This document shows positions 1-9,170 of a stretch of DNA of 64,000 nt, piece after piece. A model generated the notes under the pieces. It worked only from the letters and a program-made list of their open reading frames with translations. It was not told the DNA's origin and searched no databases. How positions within the stretch are numbered: position 1 is the first letter of the stretch; every line of letters begins with the position of its first letter. A program made the translations under genes and the position numbers. The DNA comes from a virus, in the IMG/VR virus record IMGVR_UViG_3300027141_000003, positions 32,001 through 96,000 of that record. The stretch is one strand, 5' to 3'.

Positions 1-1139
1 ATTCCATGGTACTCCAATACATACTTTGTCATAGCCTCAGATACACTTCCATCAATAATTTCTGGTAACAATACATTATCAACTTCTATTCCATTGTTTG
101 TTAAAATAACATTATAGTAGCTTAGAAGATCATTTTCTTTTTTAGTTGCCAGGACTGTTACCTTTGTATTTGGTTTACCATAATACAGATTAACTATAGA
201 TGATCCTACATGACAGGCTATATCAGTGCACTCCCTGACAAGCTTTATTTGTTCTATCGGATTCATATCTTCCATGCATACCGACTGATAACCTTTAGAC
301 AAAAAATGACTTTCTATTTCTTTTTCATTAGGGTGAACCCTTGAGTAATTTTTTCTAGATATGTATATTTTTTTGTCAGCATCAGAAACTATGGACTTTG
401 ACTCTACCTGTTTAGTTATATACGGACGCACCCAGTCAACTGTTTTCCCGTCTATATCTGAACTGCCTCTATCTAAAGTAATTGAAACAAAATATTCTTT
501 CCCGTCCACCTGCACGGGCGAGCCATTAAGCATTACTGAATCATATGCATCGCTACCACTTCTCTGTTTCATAAAGGAATTTTCGTAAAAAACATATGCG
601 TATTCAAAATCTAAATTCATAGATTCTAAATCTTTTAAATTAAAGCACACATAGTCAATCTCTAGTAAATCAAGCCAAAATTTAAATGAAGATCCATCTT
701 CTTCCCTGCCGTGCTCTGCATTTCCCTTTAACCCTAAAAATATTCCATCTGTATCTTTATCTTCGTTAGAAAAAAGAAGTAACTTAAAGTTTGGGTCTTT
801 TTCTTTTAAGAAAAATATTTTAGGCAGATGCTCTAGCATGAAATGAAAAAATCTAGGAGTATAAGCAATTAAATATACTGATCTTCCATCAAAAGATTTT
901 TTAGGATTGTCGTGTATTTTGTCGACAATTGGATTGATCATGGGGGAAGTTGGGCAAAGTGGATCTTTAATACTTTCAGGCAAACTCATTGCTTTATTTG
1001 CTTTGTCCCACCTGGTAGGAGAATTAGGCCTCCTGTGCATTAATTCATAAAACTTAAACGACGGGTTTTTATACTTTAAACAAACTTCGTCGTCATTCAT
1101 TTTGTATACGTCAACTACGCCCTTAAGGTTCACATTCAT
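1..1139 (-). CDS. GT61/DUF563-like glycosyltransferase (runs off the window, 3' end missing)
   Basis: Not in the ORF track because there is no stop in the window. Manual translation from ATG at 1139 gives MNVNLKGVVDVYKM...SVYLIAYTPRFFHFMLEHLPKIFFLKEKDPNFK...KKIYISRKNYSRVHPNE...CMEDMNPIEQI...CHVGSSIVNLYY. It is paralogous to the C-terminal domain of the 850-aa ORF and carries GT61-like motifs (YISR, NE, EQI, GS/A..N). Confidence 0.7.
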   Translation of the reverse strand, partial: MNVNLKGVVDVYKMNDDEVCLKYKNPSFKFYELMHRRPNSPTRWDKANKAMSLPESIKDPLCPTSPMINPIVDKIHDNPKKSFDGRSVYLIAYTPRFFHFMLEHLPKIFFLKEKDPNFKLLLFSNEDKDTDGIFLGLKGNAEHGREEDGSSFKFWLDLLEIDYVCFNLKDLESMNLDFEYAYVFYENSFMKQRSGSDAYDSVMLNGSPVQVDGKEYFVSITLDRGSSDIDGKTVDWVRPYITKQVESKSIVSDADKKIYISRKNYSRVHPNEKEIESHFLSKGYQSVCMEDMNPIEQIKLVRECTDIACHVGSSIVNLYYGKPNTKVTVLATKKENDLLSYYNVILTNNGIEVDNVLLPEIIDGSVSEAMTKYVLEYHG

Positions 1140-1140
1140 T

Positions 1141-3693
1141 TTATTCCTGCAACAATTTCGATAAAGTTGGGTTAGTATGCCTGTACTCCATATCTGCAGG
1201 AATATTTAATAATTTAATCTTTATGTGATCTCCAAACTGTCTACTTTCCGATGTAATCAGATCTGAATAGTGGTTATACATTTGTTCAACAAATCCTGCT
1301 TGGTTAGGATCATCTAAAGCTAATACTGTAATGTTAACTTCACGATCATCTAGTGGGTCCAAATAATACAAATTAACCATTCCTGATCCTACATAACAAA
1401 CTATGTCTGATGCTGATCTGCAGATATTTATCTGTTCTTCTGGAGTAAAATCTTCCATGCATATAGCCTCAAAACCCTTCCTGCGATAAAAATTTTCAAT
1501 AGCTACTTCGCTAGGGTGTACTCTTTCGTAGTTTTTCCTAGAGAAATATATTTTTTTTCTTATATTTTTTTTATTTTTAAAAAATAACTCTATTTCATTT
1601 CTTGTATAAGTTATTGCATCTATTTCAGGTGCGCCAGTGCTTCTATGATAAATCCAAGTAGGAATATATTCTATTGAATTTAATTTAATGCTGGGGTTTA
1701 ACCATTTTTCACAATATGCTTTTTTAGAATCTAGAATTGTTTTGTCTAGTTCTAAAGTCGGAGCTACTGTTTCCATTTTTTCATAGAACACATATGACTT
1801 TTCAAATGTTAAATTGGTTCCTGCAAAACTTTTCTTGTCAAGGCATTCAAATTCTATGTCTAAAGCATCAAGCCAGAACTTTAAAGAGGCACACTCTTCT
1901 TCTCTGCTTGGAAGTATATTTAAATTTTTAAGGTCCATCCCAATAAAATTTTTATTTTTGTCAAGTTTGTGGTCTCCTAAAAGAATTACTTTAAAATCAG
2001 GGTCTATTTTTTTTAAGAAAAATAGTTTTGGAAGAACTTCTAAGTATATGTGATAAAATCTTGTAGTATAAACTATTAAAAAAACAGATTTTTCATTTTC
2101 TTTTTTAACGTAATCGTTGTCTATTGAAGTGATTACTGGGTTAAAAGAAGGATGCCTGTAGCCTTTTATTAAATTTAAGGCGTTGACAAATTTGCCCTCT
2201 TCATCCTGATCAAAAACTTCGTATTTAGCATTTTTGTAAGATATACAAATTTCTGAAGGAGTCATCCTAAATATATTTTCAACATAGGAGTCATTGTTTT
2301 TTGGCAAATTATCTGAGTTGTTAAAAAAATATTTATTTTTATCTTCAGGTTTAAATGATGGAAGGCTGCCCAGGACAAACTTTTCTAGATCCTCTGGGGT
2401 TCCAAGGCCACGCATCTCTTTTACCCTTGAATAAGATATAATCTTACCATCTCCTATTGCTTGGTTATAAACTGGAGCTACATAAAATTCATTATTAGTT
2501 TTTATTCCTTTTTCAATCATCATTTCAGCGTACTTTACAAAATCAGATCCAGACTTCCAGTAATATATGCCGCAAGTTGCTTCTTGGCCAACTACTATTT
2601 TTTCATGAACCTGCTTAACAAAATAATCTTTTATTTCTGCATATGACCATTTATTTTCATTAGATAAAAAGGTTAGTACGGATCCATCTATCCCTGATTG
2701 AATCCAGGAGTCCAATTCTTTTTTAGAATTCCATCTAACATACTGATCTGAATTAGCAATTATTAAATGGGAATCATTATTAATAAGATCTTTTGCCAAA
2801 AGAGATGATAGTGCAGCTCCATCCAACTTGTTATCCTGTGGAATAATAGTAAAATCTTTACAGAATTCGCTTATATGTTTTTGTAAATTAAATTCTTCTA
2901 TATGCTCTGATTTTGCAATAAAAATATAATGGGCGTCTAAATCTATAGAGTCGTAAACTAAATTAATCATTGATTTCCCATGAATTTCAATCAAGGGCTT
3001 CGGTATAGCATATCCCGCTTCAGTAAATCTAGAGCCTTCACCAGCCATTGGGATAAGAACATTTATTTTTTTTCTTTTTGGGTTTAAATATTCTAAAACA
3101 AGTTTAGATGTCAAATCAATTCTGCTGTTAATACTTGCTAATGTAGCACCACTTGCTAAGGCTGCAGTGCGCCCAATCAAGCTGTCCTCAAAAATAACAG
3201 TGCTCCATTTATCACTACCTAATTCATCCATACACCTCAAATATATTTCTGGACTAGGCTTTGGGTAAGCAACATCTTGATTTCCTAAATAAAAATTTAC
3301 TTCATTGTAAATGCCTAAAGATTTAAGGCAGGTCTCAACCGTGTCTCTAATACAGTTACTTGCTACGGCAATATCTACACCGTAGGATTTAATCATTTTA
3401 AATATTTGAATTAGTTCATCGTCTTCAGGCAAATCTTGAAAAAACTGAATTGATTTTTTTTGTTTTAGACCCCATATTTTTTCATGATCTTCTTCTGGTA
3501 GACCACGAGTTTCGCTTAATATTTTTAGTTTTTGATTTGTACTTAATCCTTCAAAAATTTGTGCATGATCTTCTTCTGATATAACATATTTTTCATCTAT
3601 CTCTTTTAGGGCAAGGTTTAATGAATCAAAATGTATTTGTTTGCTGTCTACAAGAACGCCATCTAAATCAAATACGAAAAGCCTGTTGCTCAT
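1141..3693 (-). CDS. Fusion protein: HAD-family phosphatase + sugar nucleotidyltransferase (GT-A fold) + GT61-like glycosyltransferase
   Basis: N-terminal FDLDGVLVDS, KPSPEIY and FEDS..G (HAD motifs I, III, IV). Middle INVLIPMAGEGSRF..PKPLI, NSDQ, NNEFYVAPVYN and LGTPEDL (NTP transferase). C-terminal KIYFSRK, PEEQI, CYVGSGMVN (GT61-like). Confidence 0.8.
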   Translation of the reverse strand: MSNRLFVFDLDGVLVDSKQIHFDSLNLALKEIDEKYVISEEDHAQIFEGLSTNQKLKILSETRGLPEEDHEKIWGLKQKKSIQFFQDLPEDDELIQIFKMIKSYGVDIAVASNCIRDTVETCLKSLGIYNEVNFYLGNQDVAYPKPSPEIYLRCMDELGSDKWSTVIFEDSLIGRTAALASGATLASINSRIDLTSKLVLEYLNPKRKKINVLIPMAGEGSRFTEAGYAIPKPLIEIHGKSMINLVYDSIDLDAHYIFIAKSEHIEEFNLQKHISEFCKDFTIIPQDNKLDGAALSSLLAKDLINNDSHLIIANSDQYVRWNSKKELDSWIQSGIDGSVLTFLSNENKWSYAEIKDYFVKQVHEKIVVGQEATCGIYYWKSGSDFVKYAEMMIEKGIKTNNEFYVAPVYNQAIGDGKIISYSRVKEMRGLGTPEDLEKFVLGSLPSFKPEDKNKYFFNNSDNLPKNNDSYVENIFRMTPSEICISYKNAKYEVFDQDEEGKFVNALNLIKGYRHPSFNPVITSIDNDYVKKENEKSVFLIVYTTRFYHIYLEVLPKLFFLKKIDPDFKVILLGDHKLDKNKNFIGMDLKNLNILPSREEECASLKFWLDALDIEFECLDKKSFAGTNLTFEKSYVFYEKMETVAPTLELDKTILDSKKAYCEKWLNPSIKLNSIEYIPTWIYHRSTGAPEIDAITYTRNEIELFFKNKKNIRKKIYFSRKNYERVHPSEVAIENFYRRKGFEAICMEDFTPEEQINICRSASDIVCYVGSGMVNLYYLDPLDDREVNITVLALDDPNQAGFVEQMYNHYSDLITSESRQFGDHIKIKLLNIPADMEYRHTNPTLSKLLQE

Positions 3694-4238
3694 GACACTT
3701 CCGTTTCTATGACATCCGCCTCTATAAATACTGGCTCTACTATGCCAGTAACCTGAGACAATCTTTTTGCTACATCCATTTTACATTTTGAGCAGCTTGC
3801 GGTAACCTCTTTTAGTATTTTGACAAGTATGTCTTGCTTTCTTTCTGTCTCTGCAATCTGGTTAGCTAGCTCAGCGTTATCCAGCAATCCTATTTCTTGC
3901 AGCATGCCGATTCTTTTTCCTTCAATATCTGCAATAAGCTTTAATGCTGTTGATTTAACATTTAGTTGTCCTTGTGCGTCTGCATCTTCTACTGTTTTCC
4001 AGGCTTCTTTAATAAGCATTGCGTAATGACGGTCTGCCCCAGAGATAGCCTCTTTTGCCCTGTCACGGGCCGCTGTGTCGTTGTGGACAACACTCTTCCA
4101 CTCTTCTACTAGCTCAACTACTTCGGCTCTTTTAAAGCCTGTAATGGTTGCTATTTGGGTGGGGTTGTTTCCTTTAAGTAATTCTGATACAACGGTATTC
4201 ATACGGTCAAAATGATTAGTTAACTCTATCTCAGACAT
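3690..4238 (-). CDS. HTH DNA-binding protein (possible terminase small subunit)
   Basis: N-terminal HTH-like segment LLKGNNPTQIATITGFKRAEV, helical body, CxxC near the C-terminus. The terminase role is an inference only. Confidence 0.5.
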   Translation of the reverse strand: MSEIELTNHFDRMNTVVSELLKGNNPTQIATITGFKRAEVVELVEEWKSVVHNDTAARDRAKEAISGADRHYAMLIKEAWKTVEDADAQGQLNVKSTALKLIADIEGKRIGMLQEIGLLDNAELANQIAETERKQDILVKILKEVTASCSKCKMDVAKRLSQVTGIVEPVFIEADVIETEVS

Positions 4239-4245
4239 ATACTAG

Positions 4246-4274
4246 AGTATACTCTCAGTCGACTGAAAGTGCAA
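4246..4274 (-). promoter_or_regulatory. SigA-type promoter, leaderless (TTGCAC-N17-TATACT-N7-ATG)
   Basis: Read directly on the minus strand upstream of the ATG at 4238. Confidence 0.6.
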
Positions 4275-4596
4275 CTTTGTTGGCTATTTTAAGCAATATT
4301 AGGTAGCCAATTAAATCATCAATATCATTGTCTCCTGGAAATGCCTGATCATTTTGAATCCTATTTAGCTTATCATCAATTCTTACACGGATCTGCTCTG
4401 TTGAATCCGCCTTTGAAAATATACGGATTGGCTCTAGCGCAGAGTTTCCGTATGATATATTCTTTTCAATTAACATTCCTGCTATTTCAAGGCACTCTGT
4501 AATAATCTTTTGACCAGATGGTGCCTTTGTTGCTATTAGCTGTAAGTCTGTAACCCACATCTGATAGCCTTTATCTTTTTCTGGATATCCCGCCAT
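4255..4596 (-). CDS. DUF1599 / nucleotide modification associated domain 1 (Nmad1)-like protein
   Basis: Motif pattern EKNISYGNS...VRIDDKLNRI...DLIGYLILL. Confidence 0.7.
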   Translation of the reverse strand: MAGYPEKDKGYQMWVTDLQLIATKAPSGQKIITECLEIAGMLIEKNISYGNSALEPIRIFSKADSTEQIRVRIDDKLNRIQNDQAFPGDNDIDDLIGYLILLKIANKVALSVD

Positions 4597-4601
4597 TATG
4601 T

Positions 4602-5147
4602 TTACCTCTTATTTAGTGTTGCAATAAAATGATCATCAATAGGGCTATTGGGATCTCTTGAATATTCTATCGTATCAATTATAAAATATTTTTCTACAAT
4701 TGGCAATACCTGTGAAGCTGAATGATCAATCCATGTTCTGCTATGAAGAACTAATCTGTCCACTATCTGAGACAAGTCATTTAGGTATGAATCTAACTCT
4801 GAATCTTCAATATGCTGAAATACAAGACTTGCCAGTACTATATCAAATTTAAATTCTTTAACATACTCCCAGTCTGTTGTATATGATATGTTACTTAGTT
4901 TATTTTCTTGTGGAACTAAATCAATCATGCTGGGAAGATCAAAGGATATTACCTTGCCGTATGTCTCTGCAAGTGCTACCGAGTTTCTTCCAACACCACA
5001 ACCAAAGTCTAGAGCAATAGATCCGTTTCCAAATAAAGACTTAACTTCATTGTACACTGGCATGTCTTTAAACGGACCAACATATCCAGTAAGAATAAGG
5101 TCTCCAGCAGTTTCTTCGTTAGCCTCTAACCATATGTCCTTGCTCAT
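4602..5147 (-). CDS. Class I SAM-dependent methyltransferase
   Basis: ALDFGCGVGRN (motif I) and FDIVLASLVFQHI. Confidence 0.85.
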   Translation of the reverse strand: MSKDIWLEANEETAGDLILTGYVGPFKDMPVYNEVKSLFGNGSIALDFGCGVGRNSVALAETYGKVISFDLPSMIDLVPQENKLSNISYTTDWEYVKEFKFDIVLASLVFQHIEDSELDSYLNDLSQIVDRLVLHSRTWIDHSASQVLPIVEKYFIIDTIEYSRDPNSPIDDHFIATLNKR

Positions 5148-5290
5148 CGTTTTTTAACCAACCCAAACTTGTCTAATGCTCTCTGTATAGTCATAGCAGA
5201 AACCTTACACTCTTCGGCAATTTCAGTTACCGTTTTCTTTTGAACAACATATCTTCTATACATCCAGGTCTGGCTTTGATATAGTTTCAT
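5144..5290 (-). CDS. Small HTH DNA-binding protein (48 aa)
   Basis: Manual translation MKLYQSQTWMYRRYVVQKKTVTEIAEECKVSAMTIQRALDKFGLVKKR. ATGA overlaps with both neighbours. Confidence 0.7.
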   Translation of the reverse strand: MKLYQSQTWMYRRYVVQKKTVTEIAEECKVSAMTIQRALDKFGLVKKR

Positions 5291-5853
5291 CGTTCTGTCA
5301 ACACCTTATTGGCATAGTGAGCAATTCCAAATGAATCTGCCACATCAAAATCGTTTACCACAATATTATACTTATCATTAAAATAATTTGCAGTTCTTTG
5401 TTTACGCATATTGCGTAGTTGATTTTTATACCAGGAGTCTGCATATCCTGGGTTTGCTAATCTTATTGCAGACTTTTCATCCTTTGTCGGATTTTTGTTG
5501 CCAATGTACGCCTGCCACGAGGATGGACTAATAGTAATAACCTTAGCACCAGTAGACATAAGCTCAGCAATAACAACTCCATAGACATAAGACAATTTTA
5601 TCACAGCATCGGGGGATCTGACAAGTATGGCACCCTCTACTGCTATATAGTCACTCTCCAATTCATTTAGCATAGCATGCATTTTAACCTTAGCATCATA
5701 TATTTTTTCATAAATGTCGGCACCGCTAAGTTCTATTTTGCCCCATTTAATCGGGACATTATTCTCCATGAGGCAAAAAGCTATCGAGTTTGTTGAGGCA
5801 TCTATACCTAAAACCCTATTAGCTTTAGTTTTTATTAGCTCAGCTAATTTCAT
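5287..5853 (-). CDS. RuvC-like Holliday junction resolvase
   Basis: VLGIDASTNSIAF, IAVE and DVADSFGIA give the RuvC catalytic acidic pattern. Confidence 0.8.
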   Translation of the reverse strand: MKLAELIKTKANRVLGIDASTNSIAFCLMENNVPIKWGKIELSGADIYEKIYDAKVKMHAMLNELESDYIAVEGAILVRSPDAVIKLSYVYGVVIAELMSTGAKVITISPSSWQAYIGNKNPTKDEKSAIRLANPGYADSWYKNQLRNMRKQRTANYFNDKYNIVVNDFDVADSFGIAHYANKVLTER

Positions 5854-6118
5854 TTATTCTATCCAATATGCTAGATCTTTTGCCGACATCTGTCTTTTTT
5901 TGACATGAAGCACACAAAAGAGTGTCATTGTATCTGCTTAGCTGAAAACCACATTTTTTACAACCACGGTCCGCACCTTGCCTAATAGCTTTTTTCTCAT
6001 AATACTTTTCCATAATGCGTCTGTTTGTAGCAACTCTGCAGCATTCATCGTTATGATACTTTTGGTTATGTGTTTTAGGCTCAAACTCTATGCCGCATTC
6101 TTTATTAGAGCATATCAT
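5840..6118 (-). CDS. Hypothetical Cys-rich (Zn-binding) protein
   Basis: CSNKEC, HNDEC, CKKC and CASC motifs. Confidence 0.6.
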   Translation of the reverse strand: MICSNKECGIEFEPKTHNQKYHNDECCRVATNRRIMEKYYEKKAIRQGADRGCKKCGFQLSRYNDTLLCASCQKKTDVGKRSSILDRINEIS

Positions 6119-6906
6119 TATTTTGGTATCTCAAACAATTCTATTTGAACTGTTCCTGTTGGAGTTTCTTTTGAGTAGCACTCTTTCTTTACTGGACAGT
6201 ATGTGCAGGGAAGTTTGTACTTAGACGCTCCCGCTGGCTTCATTGGAAGATCTCCGTCTTTAAAGTTGTCCCACACTTCCATCATCCAAGTAAATGTGTC
6301 TTCAATTATCTTAGTATTTTTTTCGTTCATTGAAATTGGAATAACTATAATCTCTTGAGTATTTTTATTCTCGTATAAAAAGAATCCTTCTTTTGCTTTT
6401 TTTAATTTCATATAAGTTAAAAGCTGAAGCATATGATTTGGTGTTGGCTTCATCTCAGATTGACGAACATCCCAAACTTCTTGTTTAGCAGTTTTAATTT
6501 CACCAATTACTGTTTCACCATCGTATTCCATAATTAGATCTATAAAGCCACGAATAGGAGGGTATTCATTAACAATTTCCTCTTCCTCTGCTTTCCATTC
6601 TGGCATAGTTTTAATTAAATTTTGTAATCTCTCGTGAGCCTGTGTTCCTTGTGCCATATTAGCAACCGCAACGGCATCGTTGTCATCAATAAACATTGCC
6701 CCGCTAAATGCCATATACCAATATCTAGGGCAAGTTCCATGGCCATACCCTAAAGAGCTAGGACTAAATGACTTCTTGGTCATGTCTCCATCAGGACGCT
6801 TTGTATTTCTGTATGCTTCATCAAGCAGTGTGGCAAACTTTTCTGGATCAAAAAACTTTCCTGTATGCTTTTTAAATTTAAGATTCTTTACTATGTCTCT
6901 GCCCAT
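6118..6906 (-). CDS. Cas4-like PD-(D/E)XK exonuclease
   Basis: N-terminal CPR, GTQAHE, GFIDL...EIKT, QLLTY and C-terminal CTYCPVKKEC (four-Cys Fe-S pattern). Confidence 0.8.
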   Translation of the reverse strand: MGRDIVKNLKFKKHTGKFFDPEKFATLLDEAYRNTKRPDGDMTKKSFSPSSLGYGHGTCPRYWYMAFSGAMFIDDNDAVAVANMAQGTQAHERLQNLIKTMPEWKAEEEEIVNEYPPIRGFIDLIMEYDGETVIGEIKTAKQEVWDVRQSEMKPTPNHMLQLLTYMKLKKAKEGFFLYENKNTQEIIVIPISMNEKNTKIIEDTFTWMMEVWDNFKDGDLPMKPAGASKYKLPCTYCPVKKECYSKETPTGTVQIELFEIPK

Positions 6907-7244
6907 TATGAATTATACCTAACGACATACTTAAGTGCATCTACAAGTTTGTCTATGGACTCCTTTAGTGAGTAATAAACATTCTTTTTATTGTTATTTG
7001 TGGTTCCAGCTTTATCTTTTGCAATGGTTGAATAGTACGAAGCCATAACAGCAAACTTTGTTGACATTGCCTGTAACTCCATAATAAGCATAGGGGATTT
7101 AGCGGACGGAACATCTGGATTTAATAATAGCTTTACTACAATAGCCAAGGCCTTATCTAGGTGTTCATCCTTCATAAACTCGTGTAGATCATTAAACTCT
7201 GTGATCTGACTTATTAATTCAAGGGTGTTTTTATCTTCCGCCAT
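6906..7244 (-). CDS. Hypothetical protein
   Basis: 112-aa helical ORF, translationally coupled within the operon. Confidence 0.6.
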   Translation of the reverse strand: MAEDKNTLELISQITEFNDLHEFMKDEHLDKALAIVVKLLLNPDVPSAKSPMLIMELQAMSTKFAVMASYYSTIAKDKAGTTNNNKKNVYYSLKESIDKLVDALKYVVRYNS

Positions 7245-7335
7245 TTTTAATCTTCCTATCCCATCTATCTATAAACAGGCCTAGCCCGTAACCAATTACA
7301 AAACAAACTAATGAGCTTAGTAGAATAGCGGTCAC
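7231..7335 (-). CDS. Small membrane protein (34 aa)
   Basis: Manual translation from GTG gives MTAILLSSLVCFVIGYGLGLFIDRWDRKIKNGGR. It fills the gap and overlaps neighbours. Confidence 0.45.
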   Translation of the reverse strand: MTAILLSSLVCFVIGYGLGLFIDRWDRKIKNGGR

Positions 7336-7460
7336 TTTTTTACCTGCTTGTGTTTTGGTGTGTATGGACCAACTACTGATTTTATTGTGCCGTCTTTGCG
7401 AATCTTTATAATCATACCGTTTTTAATAATAGTATCATTAAACCTACGCTTGTTCGCCAT
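7332..7460 (-). CDS. Small basic hypothetical protein (42 aa)
   Basis: Manual translation MANKRRFNDTIIKNGMIIKIRKDGTIKSVVGPYTPKHKQVKK, preceded by GGAGG. Confidence 0.5.
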   Translation of the reverse strand: MANKRRFNDTIIKNGMIIKIRKDGTIKSVVGPYTPKHKQVKK

Positions 7461-7758
7461 TGTTATCCTCCCAAAACTGGATCAGCTCTTCTAAAACTGC
7501 CCATTCAATAATTCCAAGTCGTACCTTAGAATCTTTTCCTATAATAATTTTTAATGCTGGGTGCATATCTCTATTTACTTTAAATGTGTCTGTGCAAATT
7601 TTTGCCCAGTTATCTTTATTTAAATTAAATGATGACCCTGCTTCTTTATAATCAACAAGAAACTGTTTCCATTGAGCATCACCCTTTTGATAGTCTCCAC
7701 GTCCGCTATTCTTTTGGGCCCTAGCCCTGTCTCTTTTTACTTCTGATCTTTCAGACAT
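7444..7758 (-). CDS. Putative PD-(D/E)XK Holliday junction resolvase
   Basis: NSGRG..QKGDA...LVDYKE pattern of small phage resolvases. Start taken as the ATG at 7758. Confidence 0.55.
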   Translation of the reverse strand: MSERSEVKRDRARAQKNSGRGDYQKGDAQWKQFLVDYKEAGSSFNLNKDNWAKICTDTFKVNRDMHPALKIIIGKDSKVRLGIIEWAVLEELIQFWEDNNGEQA

Positions 7759-7943
7759 CAATTAACCTTGAATGAATTCTTGTGCCCATCTGGACACTCC
7801 CAAGTCATTGTCAATAAAGATGCATTCCAAAAATATTCGTCTGCATCTTTATCGCACTGGGAGCAAGGCTTCTTCCCACCAATCTTTTCCAGTTCTGGAG
7901 GATAAATTTTTTCTGAGTATATAAACTCATTAAGATTTGGCAT
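7758..7943 (-). CDS. Hypothetical Zn-finger protein
   Basis: CSQC...CPDGH. Likely start MPNLNEF at 7943 (the ORF track extends it to 8030). Confidence 0.55.
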   Translation of the reverse strand: MPNLNEFIYSEKIYPPELEKIGGKKPCSQCDKDADEYFWNASLLTMTWECPDGHKNSFKVN

Positions 7944-8934
7944 TAATTGCCTCACGAAGTTCATCCACAACCTTCGGATTGTCTTTAAGATATTGAACTG
8001 CTTTAGCTCTACCTTGAAGTCTTTCTCCATTTACTGTATACCATGCTCCACCCTTTTCTACAACACCACACATTTCTGCAACGTCTAGAGTTTCGCCTAC
8101 ACCATCTACACCAAGAGTTTCCCCTTGGTAATAAAAGTCGTACTGTCCCGATAGATTTGGGGGACCGAGTTTGTTGTAATCAATAATCCAGTTAACTGGC
8201 CTGCCAACTCTTTGTTCAATGATCTTGTCGCCAACTTTAACGCCAGCCTTAATAGCATTCGCCTCAGCCTCAGACGACCAGAGCTTAATGACCGTGGAAG
8301 AAAAGAACTTGACTGCCATGCCACCTGTGGGGATGTGACTAGCATGCATAGATCCAAACTGATTTCGCTGTTGTGAGATGAGTACAAGTAGTGTGTTTTT
8401 GTTTGCATAGTTTAACATCTTGACTGCGTGGGTCATATCCTTTGCTTCAGCGCCGATCTGCTTAGTGTCTTGCAGATCTTTCATTTCATTTCCATCTTTT
8501 TCAAAATAAATTCCTGGCAATAATGCAGATATAGAATCGACAACGATCATATCTACTCCAGCCTCCATAAGTTTTACTCCAACATCAACCATATCGTTAA
8601 CTGTTTTTGCCGAAGAATAAATTAACTTAGATGAGTCTACGCCTAAAGACTCTGCCCATGCCTGATCGTAAGAAGCTTCAGAATCAATCCATGCACAAGT
8701 TTTGCCTTCTTTCTGGGCAATTGCTATCATCTGCAAACAAAAAGAAGATTTCCCAGCAGACTTATTACCCCATACAAGGACCTGTCTGCCATAACCTAGG
8801 CCCCCACGAAGAGCCATGTTTAATCCAATGCTTGGGGTCTTTTGTTTTTCAACAACAACATTTTGTGCTGACTGAACTCTTGCTCTTGTTTTTGGATCTA
8901 GTTTTGCTAGTATATCGTCTAGTGAAATTTTCAT
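7930..8934 (-). CDS. recA: RecA/UvsX-like recombinase
   Basis: Walker A GNKSAGKS, WIDSE, Walker B IVVDSISAL, PTGGMAVKFFSS and EKGGAWY..GERLQGR. Confidence 0.9.
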   Translation of the reverse strand: MKISLDDILAKLDPKTRARVQSAQNVVVEKQKTPSIGLNMALRGGLGYGRQVLVWGNKSAGKSSFCLQMIAIAQKEGKTCAWIDSEASYDQAWAESLGVDSSKLIYSSAKTVNDMVDVGVKLMEAGVDMIVVDSISALLPGIYFEKDGNEMKDLQDTKQIGAEAKDMTHAVKMLNYANKNTLLVLISQQRNQFGSMHASHIPTGGMAVKFFSSTVIKLWSSEAEANAIKAGVKVGDKIIEQRVGRPVNWIIDYNKLGPPNLSGQYDFYYQGETLGVDGVGETLDVAEMCGVVEKGGAWYTVNGERLQGRAKAVQYLKDNPKVVDELREAINAKS

Positions 8935-9170
8935 TATTGCTCTATTCTCTCTTCATCTATTGTAGCATTTAAATTAGTTTTTGTCTCTCTTAAACTAAAT
9001 GTAAATGATGGGTCCTTTTCATCATAGTCAATAACTAATTCTTTTTCTGAATTTCCCGCATCTAAAAATCTTAAAGTAGGAACTGTTAATTTGCCGTACT
9101 CTTCTAGAATGGCAACCAAAACCTGATTGATACTTATAGATGTTACTAGACCTTCGATATCGTCTGTCAC
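8934..9170 (-). CDS. Hypothetical protein
   Basis: 78-aa ORF coupled between dnaE and recA. Confidence 0.6.
   Translation of the reverse strand: MTDDIEGLVTSISINQVLVAILEEYGKLTVPTLRFLDAGNSEKELVIDYDEKDPSFTFSLRETKTNLNATIDEERIEQ

Noticed and set aside
6118-6906. CRISPR-Cas system
   Set aside because: Solo Cas4-like nuclease in a recombination module, with no cas1/cas2, effector or array.
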